Shown here: positions 25,181 through 38,248 of the stretch, one piece after another
How positions within the stretch are numbered: the stretch's first letter is position 1
Layout of the letters: each line of letters opens with the position of its first letter
Origin: Podarcis liolepis
Taxonomy: Eukaryota
DNA: 64,000 nt
Assembly (NCBI GenBank): GCA_965112155.1
Contig: OZ218107.1
Reading direction: 5' to 3' (one strand)
The notes under the pieces: generated by a model
The model's input: only the letters and a program-made list of their open reading frames with translations
Told to the model about the DNA's origin: nothing
Database searches by the model: none
Program-made: the position numbers and the translations under genes

Positions 25181-28100
25181 GGTTTAGGTAAAAGGCAAAC
25201 AGACCCAAATCACAAAGCTGTGACTGAGCTTGCAGGCTTCCCAGGCCCGTTTGGGGGGTGGGGATCTAGGTACACTTTTCCCAGGCCTCAGAGGGCTAAG
25301 CAGGAATCAGCTGCTTTTATTTATAAGTTTATTACTATACTCAAACTAGACTCCTGCCCCAGGATTCAGACATGCTTTGCACAGGCCTGAGGTTTCCCAT
25401 GGACATCCTGAGAAGAGGATGCTGGATTAGATTGGCCAGCAAGGCTCTTCTTACATTCTTATGATACAGTTTGTCCATCCCGTGACATCTGCTTATTTCT
25501 TATGTAGGCTGATATAAAATAAGTAAGTAATATCCAAAGTTAACTATAGGATGCATATCAGAGAAAGGAATGAATGGTATTTCTTACTTAATGACTGGAC
25601 CCTTGTATCTCTTAGCAGAATAAAAATAAAACTAAGTGTGCATGATTAAAGAATTGTAATGCTTTGTAGATCCAGTAGTTTGGGACTAAGCAGTTTCATA
25701 CATTCACATATACTCAAATGCATACATAAAAGACATCCAAACTCAAACATTTGTCTCATTGATGACAATGGAGAAGAGCTGAGCACTTGCTTAAATCACT
25801 CACTAAATGCTATGAGAATTAAATGCACTTTCTTTTGGTTGGAGAGTGCCCCAAATATTTTACTCCTGAGCAGAGAACTCCCAGATGTACAAACAACTTG
25901 CGTTTCCAGTAATTAATTAGTTCTGCTCTTTGGCTTCCCTTGCATATTAGTAACATTTTAGCAAAACTGACAAAGGACAGACGGCACATTTGCCTTTGCA
26001 TTACCTTTGTAGAGGTTATGAACACTTAGGTCATACATCATATCTGATTTTTAATGCAAACCTTGGGGAACTTATCTTCCCAGCAGCACATGGTTCCTCA
26101 TAGCCTGGGAGAAAATTCTGCTTGGCTGTATCTATAGCTTACACAAGACTCTGTGTATTTTATATATCTGCAAACTGATGTAGCTTGTTGGGCTGAAAAA
26201 TACTAATACTGATGAACGGTTAAGTGAAAAGAGAAATCTATGACTAAACAGAGTTGACCTTCAAAGTGTTCGACTTCTGTAAATCTATAACTGGTGTCTT
26301 CACTCAGAATGAGTCTTTTTCTGGCATATTTGTATATATGCATAGATTTTGGAGCAATTTTTGTATGTTGACATTTACCTGTAAAAAAGGCTTGTGTCTT
26401 TTTTGCCCCTTAGCAAGATGCTGCACTGAAATCCACCCCCCCCCTCCGCTGCCAACAAAACTCTGACCTCTTTTGCTTCTTCTTGTTTTGCTCCCAAGAT
26501 TACTTCCCACAGGCCACCCCTAAGGAAACTGTTCTCAGTGCATTGACTATGTAGGGGTCTTCTGCTGCCATAGTCTGCACTGAAGAAGAAAGTTTCTGCT
26601 CCCAGGGAACAATATGTGATGGGGATAAAAAGGGGGGGGGGGAGATCATTTCTATCAGCAGGATTTTGAATTTTTTAGTGGAACTTGATGTTTCCATAAC
26701 AACCTCTTGGAGTTTCAAATGTTTAGGTAGGCAACTCTTTACAACAGCTATTGAACTGTTATCCTCCTATACAGTCTTTATCTGTGGCATCCATTCATTC
26801 TCATCCATCACTTTCTGTCTCTCTGACATTAGCAATTAAACTCAGCATATAAACTATTTATTCTCTTCTAGGGTTTTTTTTAATGCTGCAAGATTTTTTT
26901 AAATCTATCCAAGCTGTTTTTTCTTTAAATGTAGACTTGCAAAATCTGTTAATTTCAAGTTTATGAATTTGGATTTAAATTATTAAATTTGGACTCAAAA
27001 TTCAAAAAGTAATTTAGACTTGGACAGGGTCTTTTAGATAGTTGCTGGTTAGCATTTAAGGGAATGCTTTTTGACTGTTTAAGACATCATTCAGTAACCT
27101 ATCTGCATTCTATCTGTATCATCACTGGTAAAGTCCTGGCTAGCATTCCCTTCCAGCCGAATCCCAGTTTCATTGTCTAAGGCTGCATACTTACTTGGGA
27201 CTTCTGACTAAATCTGAAGAGGCTCACACCATGTGAGATGTCATGTTCTGAGGAGGGACTTGTAATCTGTTGTACATTGCTGTTAGTTCTGAACAGGGTG
27301 GAGAGAGCCATATAGCATGATGCCAGTCAGCTTTCTTTTGCTCTTCGTGATCTTCTTTTTATGGGGAAATATATATAGTCCTCTGCAATTTAAGAGGTAA
27401 CTTTCACAGATAACTTATCCATGGTTGGCACATTTAGTTCCATGTCACATAGACTGAACATTTGTTCCACTTAGTTTCTGGAGTGAGATTTGTGCCTTCC
27501 AGCTTCCGTCTCCAGTTTGTTGTTGTTTGCCAAACTCTAAATACCGTAAGATTTCAGATACGTTGAAAACTGGATATCAAACGATCTGAGGTGAAACCAG
27601 AGTATATCAAACACTTGGCAGGTATTCGTTATCGAAATAAGCAAAGAGAACTTTAAAGACATTTATAAATGCAAATATATTTGAACTCCAGAATGTACAT
27701 ACTTATCTGTAGGCAAGATATGTATCAAGCCACATATGCAGACTACATCTCCCCAAAATGTATGTGCTCTGCATACGTTTTGTAAGGCCACAGCCGGTAG
27801 ACATATTGCGCTTTTGGATAACACCATGCAAGAAATTTCAGCTTGGGAATGGCAGTTCCTAGAATATTCAGGAGATGATCAGTTTACTGATTCTTCCACA
27901 GACATGTTGGATGTCCTTGAGCCAACACTCCTCTGTAGCCTTTTCTTTTGCCTTTGTGCCTTGTTGCCCTCATTCAGTACTTTGCATGCTATCTGCACAC
28001 ATTCTCTTCTCTCATGTTTGTTGTGTATTACTTAAAAACATTTGGGAGAGTTCTTTATTTTGAGTAATAACAAATGTTTATATAGATTGTTGAGTGCCCG

Positions 28101-28547
28101 ATACAAAGTCAATGGGCTGTGCAGATTATTTATTGTAGCATGTGGATGTGAAAGAGGAGGGACTAGGGGAAAACTGTTTGCCTTATTTGTGAGAAGTGTA
28201 CATGGTAGGATTTGCGGATGGTGACAAAGGTGGTCATTATAGATTGGTGAAAAGGTAGATGTGTTGTCAGATTTAAAATGTTAAAAGAAAAGGGGGAAAG
28301 CACACTCCAAAATGAATAGAATATTAGAGGCGAGAAAATGGGACTGGATAAAGAGCACTTCAAAATCGGACTAGTCAGAACATGGTGAGATTTTGTGCTT
28401 TGATTCCATATCCTGTAAAATAGGTACTGTCACTAAAATCAGTAACCAAGAAATGGACGTGTGATTAAGATGGACTATAACGAGTGATGTGTAGTATTTG
28501 CAAATGTGGTCATGAATGTTGGATATTATTTTGAGACACTGATCATC

Positions 28548-28640
28548 TGCCAGGTTGGCTCATTATAAACATCTATCTTCCATGTTTTGATCATGGATGA
28601 GGTGCTATACCTGGTATGTATTACTGAGATCTGGGTGAAG
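28548..28640 (+). mobile_element. Short L2-like APE endonuclease N-terminal remnant
   Basis: IFHVLIMDEVLYLVCITEIWV resembles the L2 IHDLI.DE.ADL.CITETW motif; preceded by gccagg (NARS-like). Confidence 0.55.
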
Positions 28641-29165
28641 GACAAGTCCTGGCTCGCCTCCTGAACACAGTACGCACACTCTCTGCTTGAGGATATCTGA
28701 AAGCAGGGGTGGCATGTTCCATTTAGCCACTTGAGGCAAAACAAGAAGTGCTGCCCTGCAGCTGCCGCCGCCATCGCCACCATACCATAATAGTTGTTTA
28801 TCAGACAAGGAAATGGGGGCGGAGGTGGGCAGGGAAGAATCAAAAGTGTTTGGGATGTCCATGCTACAATTGAAGTTGGGAAGAGGTAAATGGATGGGGG
28901 ATGGGGGTGGTGGAGGAATTGTTTGTTCCTGTATACAATCAGAAACTTTTCAATAAAATGTTAGCCATGACAGCAAGATCAGCAGCAACAGCAGCAACAA
29001 CAACAGGAACACTTCTGCACATGCCACAGTGGTTAGAAAGATTCCATCCTGAATGTTCTTAAAACTGTCATTTTGGTCCACAGTGTTCTTTTGAAATCCC
29101 AACTGTGTTACAGAGGCAGGCAGACAGCAAACTCTTTAAACAGTTTTAGATAAAGCTATTTCACA

Positions 29166-29211
29166 CCTACACCCACACCCACACCCACCCACACCCACCC
29201 ACACCCACACA
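29166..29211. repeat. (CACACC)n-like simple repeat
   Basis: Visible acacccacacccacacc run. Confidence 0.85.
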
Positions 29212-30084
29212 CTAAATAAATAAATATATGCATGATCTAGACTGGTGTGCTGCTGGAAGCTCACTCTTGCCCTGCCCCTATGTCTAAACATCGTGTTCAA
29301 TCCTGATTTAAGAGGAGCGGGATGGAGAGAGGTGGAAAAGACTCAGTGCCCAGAGAGACTAGAGGTCTAAGGTCTGCCTTGAAGTGTAGCCTTTCCCAGG
29401 TGCTTCTTACCAGGGTGAAGTGAGTAGCTGCTATTTATCTTTGAGGCAGACCCAGAGGAATGATTTAAGTCAAGCCTCCAAGAAAACGTATGAGAGGGAG
29501 CAGTTCTGTGACACAGGCATACACTTAACTGCAACTGTAAAAAGCTTGCTCACTCAGGCACGTAGTGCCAAACAAAGAAGTCGGCTTTGTGAAATGACTC
29601 CCGAGTTTTCATCTTCCCTCGAGTGAGCACGAGACCCAGAACTCTTCTGGTAGAAAATGCTTAAAGCATGTGCTAAGTCTCTCAAAACCATGAAATAGGC
29701 TTAGATGATGTGAAATCTGAAATCAAAGAAAATATACTTCCAATGCATACTAGTTGCCTTCCTGATTCTGATCGATTAAGACACACTGCCACCACTGTTT
29801 CAATATATTATCTGAAAAAAGCAAGAAGCTAGAAATGCGTTTTTAAAAATTAATGCTGAGAACTTCTTGCCACTAATAGGAATCTACAGATTTATACAAA
29901 GTTACTTGGGGAGGGTGCCCATTTACAAGATTAATGCTGCTTTCTTTTTATTTTTGGTAATTTTGCTTTAAATGCACAGCTCTACCTTCTTAAGTCAAGG
30001 AATCTGTTAATTAGGATATTGTCACCTGAGACATCTGTTTTGGTGCATTAACATTGATTAGATTATCTTTGATGCACTGAGAAT

Positions 30085-30165
30085 TGCTATTCCCAATTTA
30101 CAGATGAGGAAAATGAGTGACAGAGAGGTTAAACAGCTTATCCAAGGTCACAGAAATAGTAGGCA
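30085..30165 (-). mobile_element. MIR/CORE-SINE fragment
   Basis: tattcccaatttacagatgaggaaaatgag..acagagaggttaa..agctt.tccaaggtcacag is the reverse-complement MIR core. Confidence 0.8.
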
Positions 30166-31061
30166 CAATCCAGCTGCATGTTCTTTTCATATCTAACTAT
30201 ATAAATAAGTGAGCCTTAAAAAATGCTGCTTCTTTTTTTACTGGATTTTTGAGCAGTCTGTTGCAGAACTCTGAAAAAAACAGTCAGGTGCCCAGGCTGT
30301 CTGTGCAGTGCTTTTGGAACAAGTCTGTGTTTTCTGTCTGAAAACTTAACAGAAGCAAGAAAGCACTTCCTAAACGTGGCACTGTAGCAAGTAATTTTGG
30401 GGGGGAGGGGAGATATTCCTTATTCCCACAGGAAACCCCCCACAGTGGATCTTTCTATTGGCCTTGCTCTATTCAGGGGAAAAAAACCAACAACTTTGGA
30501 AAAATCAATCTGCTTTCTTTTGTAACCCTGTATGCTTCTTTCTTCCTTGCCCACAGTCTGCCTTCAACATCTATTCTCTTTGGTCTGCAGTTTTAAGGCA
30601 GTGACTGATCCCAGAACTGCCCAGGTTGCTTGTTAGTTAAATAACCTGTGCCTTTGCCTTACAGAGTGGTCAGTGGATCTTAGATAGTTCTCCTGTATAG
30701 CAAGCAAATTCATTACTTTTCTAATCAGTAATAGCGCTAAACTGTCTCTCAGGCCATGATGTAGATTGGCAAGATCCCCTCCTGCTGAAAACATGCTTGA
30801 AAAAAATTGAGTGAAAGGAAAGAAAGCTCAGCAAAAAATATTGCTCAGGAAGAAAATCCAAGGGGAAAAAAATCATTAGGAAAGGAATTACATGCCTGGA
30901 CACGTACTATGTGCAGAGACAAACCTGTATAATGCAGATTTTTGTGCTTTTGGAGACTGGATAGTTTCATACGGCAGTAGAAAATCTCTGCTGTTGTAAA
31001 ACATGAACCCCAGACTTTCTGGCATGCTTTGCATAGCCAAGATATAGTATAAATATCACTG

Positions 31062-31335
31062 ATAGGAATAGACAAAGTTGTGAATTCCATTTTGTCTTAG
31101 TTCCTCATTTCCCCGATCTTACATTCAGTTCTCTGCATTTCTGCAGCAATATGAAAATTTTAAAATAAATTATATTCATGAAAATCTAGCATTTTCAAAT
31201 GCACTCATTTTTGTATGCACTTTTGACTAATCTACACATTTCTGTGGGTAATTTCTACTAATACAATGCATTTTTGTTCGGTTTTTCACTGATACATGCA
31301 TTCTTAGAAACACTTTCCCTAATATATGTACTTTG
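31062..31335. repeat. AT-rich dispersed repeat; related sequence at ~11300-11590 (opposite strand) and ~57310-57450
   Basis: Recurrent tacacattt/tgtatgcactttt/ctaatata subrepeats in all three places; family unassigned. Confidence 0.45.
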
Positions 31336-31508
31336 AGGTTTGGGCTGAATTACTTTATGCTGCAGGATAGGGAGAGCTATTGAGATGGCCTGCACTTATG
31401 AAATATGATGGATTTCTTAATGTTGTGTGTGTGTGGAGGGGGGGAATTCTCAGCTGGCAAGGCTGCAACTCCTGCCAAGTCTCTTGTCAAATTGTGAGAT
31501 GGTGAGAT

Positions 31509-31565
31509 TCATAGATTTTTAGAGTTGGAAGGGATCATGAGGGTCATCTAGCCCAACCTCTGAAA
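31509..31565 (-). mobile_element. CR1/Squam2-type 3' tail fragment
   Basis: tcatagatttttagagttggaaggga...ggtcatctag.ccaac, matching 14932 and 63398. Confidence 0.7.
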
Positions 31566-33685
31566 TCCTGGAAACTTTTGCATAAATGCATGAGTGCCCA
31601 CACTGTTGCTGTGAAGAACATAGGTCAACTTGGTGCTGTAGTGACACCTGCCTGCCATGAAACAGGAGGATCAACGGCTAGAGCACAGGTGGTCTAAATC
31701 TTGGTCTGAACCTGACTGAACACATGTGAGGTCACATTCCCACACCTACATGGCTGCAAGGGGCTGTCTGGCATTGTTTTTGTTGTCTGGCCAAGAAGAC
31801 AGTGCTCTGACACTCTTGGCAACACTGACACCTGTCTTGTGCTTTCTAGGCACAGGTCAGAGAGGAAAACCCTATTGCCATTTGCTCTGATTCAGTGCTA
31901 AACTGCAGGAAAGCATTGGGTCAAACAGAAGTGTGGCTAAGCCCTGAGCCTCGTCTAAAGGAATCAGAAGTTAGGGGACACTATTTCATCTTGTAGCAGT
32001 GAATTCCATACAATGATTCTATGTGGTGCGAAGAAGCCTTTGCTTCTGCCTGTCCCAAATCTATTTAAGTATATAAGAAAAGCTCTGCGGGAATCATTCA
32101 AATTGCCCATCTAGTCCAGCACCCTTTACTCACGGTGGCCAACCAGATGCCAAATTCTAGAATTATGAGAGGAGGAGAAAACTCCACATAAAGGCCTTCA
32201 GCTTGTAGATCGAAGATCAACCCTTGCTTAAGCATACCACATGAAATCTACTTTTTAAATTACTTACTATGTATGTATATGGTAGTAGGGCTACTGATGC
32301 AGCCCAGTTGTGAGTTCCAATATATCACCAGAAGACCCCCAGTTTACACAGGGTGAAGCAGTAATGATAGCATTAATTCTCTTTGAACATCTACATGAGG
32401 GCATATAGCACAGTATAGGAATGCTGTCAACAAAGCCTTTATTATAGATTAAACTCTATTAGTTTTCACTACTTGTAAGGATTCTACCATCCTGAACAGG
32501 AAACCACATGGCCTGTCTTCAGGAATATTTGTGAGCTTGCTTGCCATAAGGTACCAAAAGACATCAAGAATAATTTAAGGGTGCACCACATATGACTCCT
32601 GTAGTCCTTATCACTTTTGTGCCACTATATTTGATCCATTGTGCTAAACATAGAAGCTTTTAAAGTTTACCTTGTTAAACTCCTCAGCTAATTAGGTCAG
32701 AGGGCATGATTTCAGCAGCTGCAGAAAGCATGCAAATGGAGCAATAAATAAGGAAACCCATAATTAATGTCTTTTAAACAAATTGGCAAGAGTTGCATAA
32801 ATGTCAATCGGGGGTGATATGGAGAATGCATTTCTGGGAAGTGATTATTTTATTGAAAGAAGTGAGAGATGAAAACTAAATAATGACATTTCCTCTTAAG
32901 GACATTTATTTCCTGCACATCCACTTTGTTAGGTGCTATGCAAGTATGAAGAAGCAGCGATCTCTTTAGCTCTGTAGCTGTCCTGTTCTGCAAAATTTAA
33001 AGCCCATTAATAACCATCACCTGTTTTGCAGGTGTAGTGAAAAAGAGAGATTTTGCCAGGTGCTGCTGAAAGGTGAACTTGAAGCTTGTGAAGGAGCACT
33101 TTTCATTTTAATTAATTCTGCACGCGAAGCTTCCACCAATATTAATCTCCTTTGACCAACATGGTTAATTAATTATCCTAAGTGTTTGTAAACAGATTTT
33201 CTACATACTCCTTCTCCAACTGTTGCATGCTGACCTCTTTGATGATGTGTGGCTCTAATAGTGGAGACATAAAGAACAGCAGAGATGCTGCCAACAGGGG
33301 CTTCCAACTAAAAGCAGAGCATCCACTGGGTTGCATAAAACATAGCTTGACTGACTGAACAGGGTACTCAGGATGAGTGAGGCAATGAATAAAGTTACTT
33401 GGGGGTGCTTCTTGTTATTCCTTTTGCACATATTAAGATCAACACAAATGGATTTTTGCAAACTGAACCAGTCTGGTGAGTGATTTAGCACATGCCCAGT
33501 TGCTGTTGTTCGTTCCAGTTCAGTCATCTCATCTAGAGATTTCCAGTGGGTGATAACAATTGATTTAGACAGATTGAACAATTAGAAGACCAGTTCAATG
33601 TGTGCAAGTGCATGAATTGAGTCAAGCATATATAAAAATGTTGTGGGAACCTGCTTTCTTTGCGAAGGCCCCAAAGTTCCAGGTC

Positions 33686-33810
33686 CATAGGAATCTTATG
33701 CTGTATTACGCCAAGTCAGAACGTTGGTCCATGTAGCTCATTATTGTCTGTACACCGAAATGCAGGGGCTCTCAAGGGTTTCAGACAGGGGACATTCCCA
33801 GCTGTACTTC
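33686..33810 (-). mobile_element. SINE 3' fragment (family of 55175-55354)
   Basis: Reverse complement contains tgaaaccct.gagagc...tgagcta.atggacc...ttcctatg. Confidence 0.65.
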
Positions 33811-36724
33811 CCTAAACAGGAGGTTTACAGGTTTACAAGGGTGACTTCCAAAAACTGCACAGGGAGTTACCACTTAGAAGGTGAGCTGGTGCAGTGTGAA
33901 AGCCATGACTGTAACAATGTGCTTACTGCTAGCTCAAAATCTGCAGGGATTCCAGAATGCTTTCCTTTTGTTTGTACAACCTTTCAGAATTATCATTGTT
34001 GTTTTAATTGGAAGCCTTAGCTTTTAATTACTTTGCCTTGAAAAATGTGACTTTTAAATTCTGTTAGTAATAGTGCCATCTTTGTAACACATTGCACCCT
34101 CCAAATTGCATATAATATTGAATGCTACTTTGGATATTTCCTCCCTTCCACAGTGCCTCCCCCCTCAGATCTTTCCCCTGTTTTTATAAGAGTCAATCAT
34201 GCATGTTCACATCCATGCAAATACATTATCCATCTCAAAAACGAAAGGGGATCCTCTCTTCCGATCCAGTTCTCTGAGGGAGGAGTTTTTCACATGATAT
34301 CTATAGCCTACATTTAGAGACTCGAATCTGCCTGTTAGAAATGCTAAAGTGTTCTTTTAAATACAAAATGTTAACTTGTGTCAGTGGTATTTACTGTACC
34401 TGGTCCAACACACACATACAACTTTCCCTCTACTTTGGGCAATTGATATGAGGCTTATTGGAATAGAATGATTTTTTCATATTTCATTACTCCTCTCATA
34501 GGCATGCAAACAGATTGTCAGGTTGTAGAATGCTGTGTTTGCTGCACTCATGTCCTTGCTATGCTTTTCTCATCTAAAATGATGTGATGTCCGATATACC
34601 CTAAAAAGAAAGGAAAGGTCTCTCACACCAAGATCCTCAGTAGTGAGCCCTACTCAGTTCCAAGTCACTTATTTCTAAGTAAGCATACGTAGGATTGTAA
34701 CCATGCAGTCAGAACCTCTTTGCCTAATAATACTTATTTCTGGGTTCCTTCAGTTGATAGTTTGCTGTCGACAGGTGACTGGATGCTGCCTTAATCATTT
34801 AAACTCTGATACCTCATTAAGACACAGAAATGCTCTTTAAATGTTCACTCAGCCATCTGGAGGTACTTGCTTGATGTCTTGAAGGGATTGTAGCCACACA
34901 AAGTTCCTTGTTTGTAGTGTGTCAGCTTGCACACACTGCCATATTTGCCAAAAGCTGTTAGCACAGACTCTGAGACCCTTTGTACTGCAGATTGAAGCAT
35001 CCCCTGTCATGTGAAGCATTTAACTGTTGTGGTTTTCCACTATATGTTTGCTTGTCCTTGAACATATCCCATGTGGTTTTGTAGAACATCTATATGACCC
35101 AACTATATGGTCAGGGCTAAGGGAGTCTTACCAGCCCCACCACCTAAAACTGGGTGCTGTTGTTGTGAAAGAGACCGATAGGGGCTTCCTGTTGCCCCTG
35201 TGGTTAAATGTTTAGATGCACCTACCACCCATGTGGGATTCTGTAATGGAGGTTTGTGCACATGAAAGCCCATCAAAGTGTTTAAACTTTCCATCAGCAA
35301 CTGAAGGTTTTAGCAGCGTTTTACTTAGCATCACCTCCATACGTTTTGCAACACATTCCACACTGCACACATATGCCAAGATGAGTTTCTAGGCTTCTAA
35401 ACAAACCCAAAATTCATAACACTACAATGTATTTTATTGCCTACTCAGGAGAATGTCGGACCCACCTATCATAATTCTTGTAATACCTATGGATTTGACT
35501 GTTCAAGTCCTCTGTAAACCCTTTGGGATCATGAGTAAGCAGGTCACCTATGCCTGTAAATGACTTTTATTCCTTTCTTGAAATAACTTGTTTACTAAGC
35601 CCACATTGGATTCTCTCTCTCTTTTTAAAACCTTAATTTGATATTATTTTTTTAAAAGGAGCAATAAATATTTAATGATCTGGGTGCTGTTAAATTCAGA
35701 ATACCCAAAAATCCTTGATTATACTGACGTAACCTTTGACATCCAAAGAGGCTATAATAAGTGCTTTTGTCCAGTGATTCTAAAACATCAGATGCAATAG
35801 TAGAAGAGGGTGAACTGACAGGCATGAGGAATTAAAGCCCACAAAGCAGGTAAAGAGTGAGGAGCCAAAGTTCACTTTAGTCTTCCACCCACACTGCTCC
35901 CGTATTCACCTTGCCTTGACCAAAACCCAGTGGGTGGAGGTTGAGGGAGCCACAGCCACAAAATATAGGGGAGTTTGCTCAGCCTGTGCCCTCTTGTCTC
36001 ATATCTGCTAACCAAGGCAGTAATTAGTGTCAATGGTGATGGAAATAATGGGCACAAAGGCAGGACTTTTCATGTCTGAAAGCATCATTGATAGGTATTC
36101 TGGACTTTCTGTGGGGAATATTGCACCTCAAGGAGCATTAGTCCTAAAAATGTCAACTTGTGAATGGATCAGAACCAATTTCAAAGAAATATTTTTCTAT
36201 ATCTAGTACTCAACGTAGAAAACACAGTAATGCCAAGTTCCCAGGAAATAACTTTGGGTATTAATGGAAGATCAAGGTTCATAATGTCATACACAGTAGC
36301 ACAAAAATAAGCTTATTTAAGCTTCCTGTTAAAACATCGTCACATGTTGCAGAAAACTGAACAATATATTCTTTTTTTACATTTTTGTAGCAAAATCTTA
36401 AATGGGTGTTTATTAAAGGTATAATAGGTATAATAATAATAATAATTCAGCCAGGGAACATGGAAAACCTTTATCTTTGCAATGTGGTGTTAGCTGTGGT
36501 AACATCCCATTCAAGTACTTCACATAGAAACAGGGGTTACATTCCTCTTAAAGTCAGCATTGAGCTTTGCTCCTGGATGTCCAGGGAGCAGTGCCACCAT
36601 GACCAGGAATCTTCTTAAAAGCTTCAAGCTAATCTGCAGCTGTTCCCTTTTCTGGAGAAACTAGGCATGGCCATTTATCCATGTGCCCTAGTTTCTCCCA
36701 GGTTAGATTATTGTAATGTACACT

Positions 36725-37110
36725 ACCTTTGAAGATGGTTGAGAAAGCAGCTTCCAGAGTTCTAAATGGAGTTTGCAAGTTAGATCCTATTATTCTGATG
36801 TTCCACTGGTTACCAGTTTGTTTCTAAATTCAAGGTGCTGACTTTAACGTTTCAGGCCCTGAATGGTCTAAGACGGGGGAATCTCAATAATCACCTACTC
36901 CCATATGAACCTGATCAAAGCACTGAGATCTACTTCTGAGCCCTGTTCCAAGCCTTCTTGTTGTTGGACTTGGGCATAAGAGACAGAGCTCTTTTTGTGT
37001 GACACCTTCCTGAGGGTTGTGCATGTGTGTTTGGCCCTGTCGCTGCTTGTCTTTTGAGAAACAACTGAGGCCTTTTGTTTCAGTGGGTTTTAATGGGATG
37101 CTGCTGCTGC
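36725..37110 (+). mobile_element. Old L2 LINE 3' fragment just upstream of the first exon
   Basis: cactggttaccagtttg...aattcaaggtgctgactttaacgtttcaggccctgaatggtcta (HWLPV..FKVLTLTFQALNGL), cccatatgaacc. Confidence 0.7.
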
Positions 37111-37281
37111 TTCATTAAGACTGGCTTCATTTTTGGATCAGGGATTAGTGCGTAGTTTTAAAATTAATTAATCCAGACATTCAGTTTCCATGTATTTCTA
37201 CAAAGTTCAGCTGACCACGTGGACTGTAATTTGGGGTGATGGTTTTAGCAATGATCTCTTTCTGTTTTTCCATTGCTTCAG

Positions 37282-37490
37282 GTGGGATGGTGGAAGGACA
37301 AGCGTCTCAAGATGAAGTATTATGTGTGGCCACGTTCTGAGCTTTACCCTGACAGTGAGGAGCGTGCGGATGACCATCTCAGCATAGTGACCCTAGAAGA
37401 AGCACCGTTTGTCATTGTGGAAAATGTGGACCCCCTAAGCGGTACCTGTATGAGAAACACTGTCCCATGCCAAAAAAGAAATGTGACAGA
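37282..37490 (+). CDS. GRIN2B: GluN2B coding exon (end of ATD, ATD-LBD linker, start of S1), 209 bp, phase 0 to 2
   Basis: Acceptor ttgcttcag|GTG, donor ACAGA|gtaagt. Translates [69 protein letters not shown], matching GluN2B ([26 protein letters not shown]) rather than 2A/2C/2D. Confidence 0.97.
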
Positions 37491-38076
37491 GTAAGTGCCA
37501 GCAGGATCTTTCTCCAGCTGATTCCTCCTAGCATGTTTCTCTCCACAGCAGCAAAGCCAGCTGGACCGTCTCAGGCTGGCTTTGTTGCCACTTGCCACTA
37601 ACTCCACGTTCCAATCAGCTTGGCTCATTCAGCAAAACATCAAGCAGAGTTTTCAGCTAGGGATGTAATGGAGAATGAAAGAGAGAGTAGCCAAGGAAAG
37701 AAGTAGGGGATAACAGTAGGCAATTGTCAACAATTCTAAATTCTAGCACAGATCAAAATTGTCCAAATCACATTTTTGTTGGAAATTAGCACCTTTGTCT
37801 AAAAAAAGGAAGAAGATGAAAAAAGGAAAATGACAAGAATATATTTTCAAAATTTCTGCTTATAACATTCAGTTTCTGCTGAGAATGCCACACAAAGTTT
37901 GAATTTGGAACTAAACATGGTAATTCTGTGTTTTTCAAGGATCATATGGAATTTCTCAAGATTAAATCCACTTTCTGAGTGCAGCATGATGGAAAAATGG
38001 GCCATATGTTTTTGTTTTTAGTTTTAAAATATCATTTATCAGTTACACTTAATCACTTTTTGTTGTGGCTGTTTAG

Positions 38077-38248
38077 CAACAAGACGGATGAGGAGACTGC
38101 GTACACCAAGAAATGTTGCAAGGGGTTTTGTATTGATATTCTCAAGAAAATCTCCAAGTTTGTCAAGTTCACCTATGATCTTTACTTGGTAACCAATGGT
38201 AAACATGGGAAGAAGATCAATGGAACATGGAATGGAATGATAGGCGAG
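38077..38248 (+). CDS. GRIN2B: GluN2B coding exon (S1), 172 bp, phase 2 to 0
   Basis: Acceptor gtttag|C, donor GAG|gtaagc. [57 protein letters not shown]; joins the previous exon in frame (GA+C = Asp). Confidence 0.97.

Larger units (their letters stand above)
1..37281 (+). other. GRIN2B: 3' part of the long GRIN2B intron preceding the exon cluster
   Basis: No match seen to the expected previous exon (YLINVTFEG...KWER); repeat-rich non-coding DNA. The equivalent mammalian intron is also tens of kb. Confidence 0.8.
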
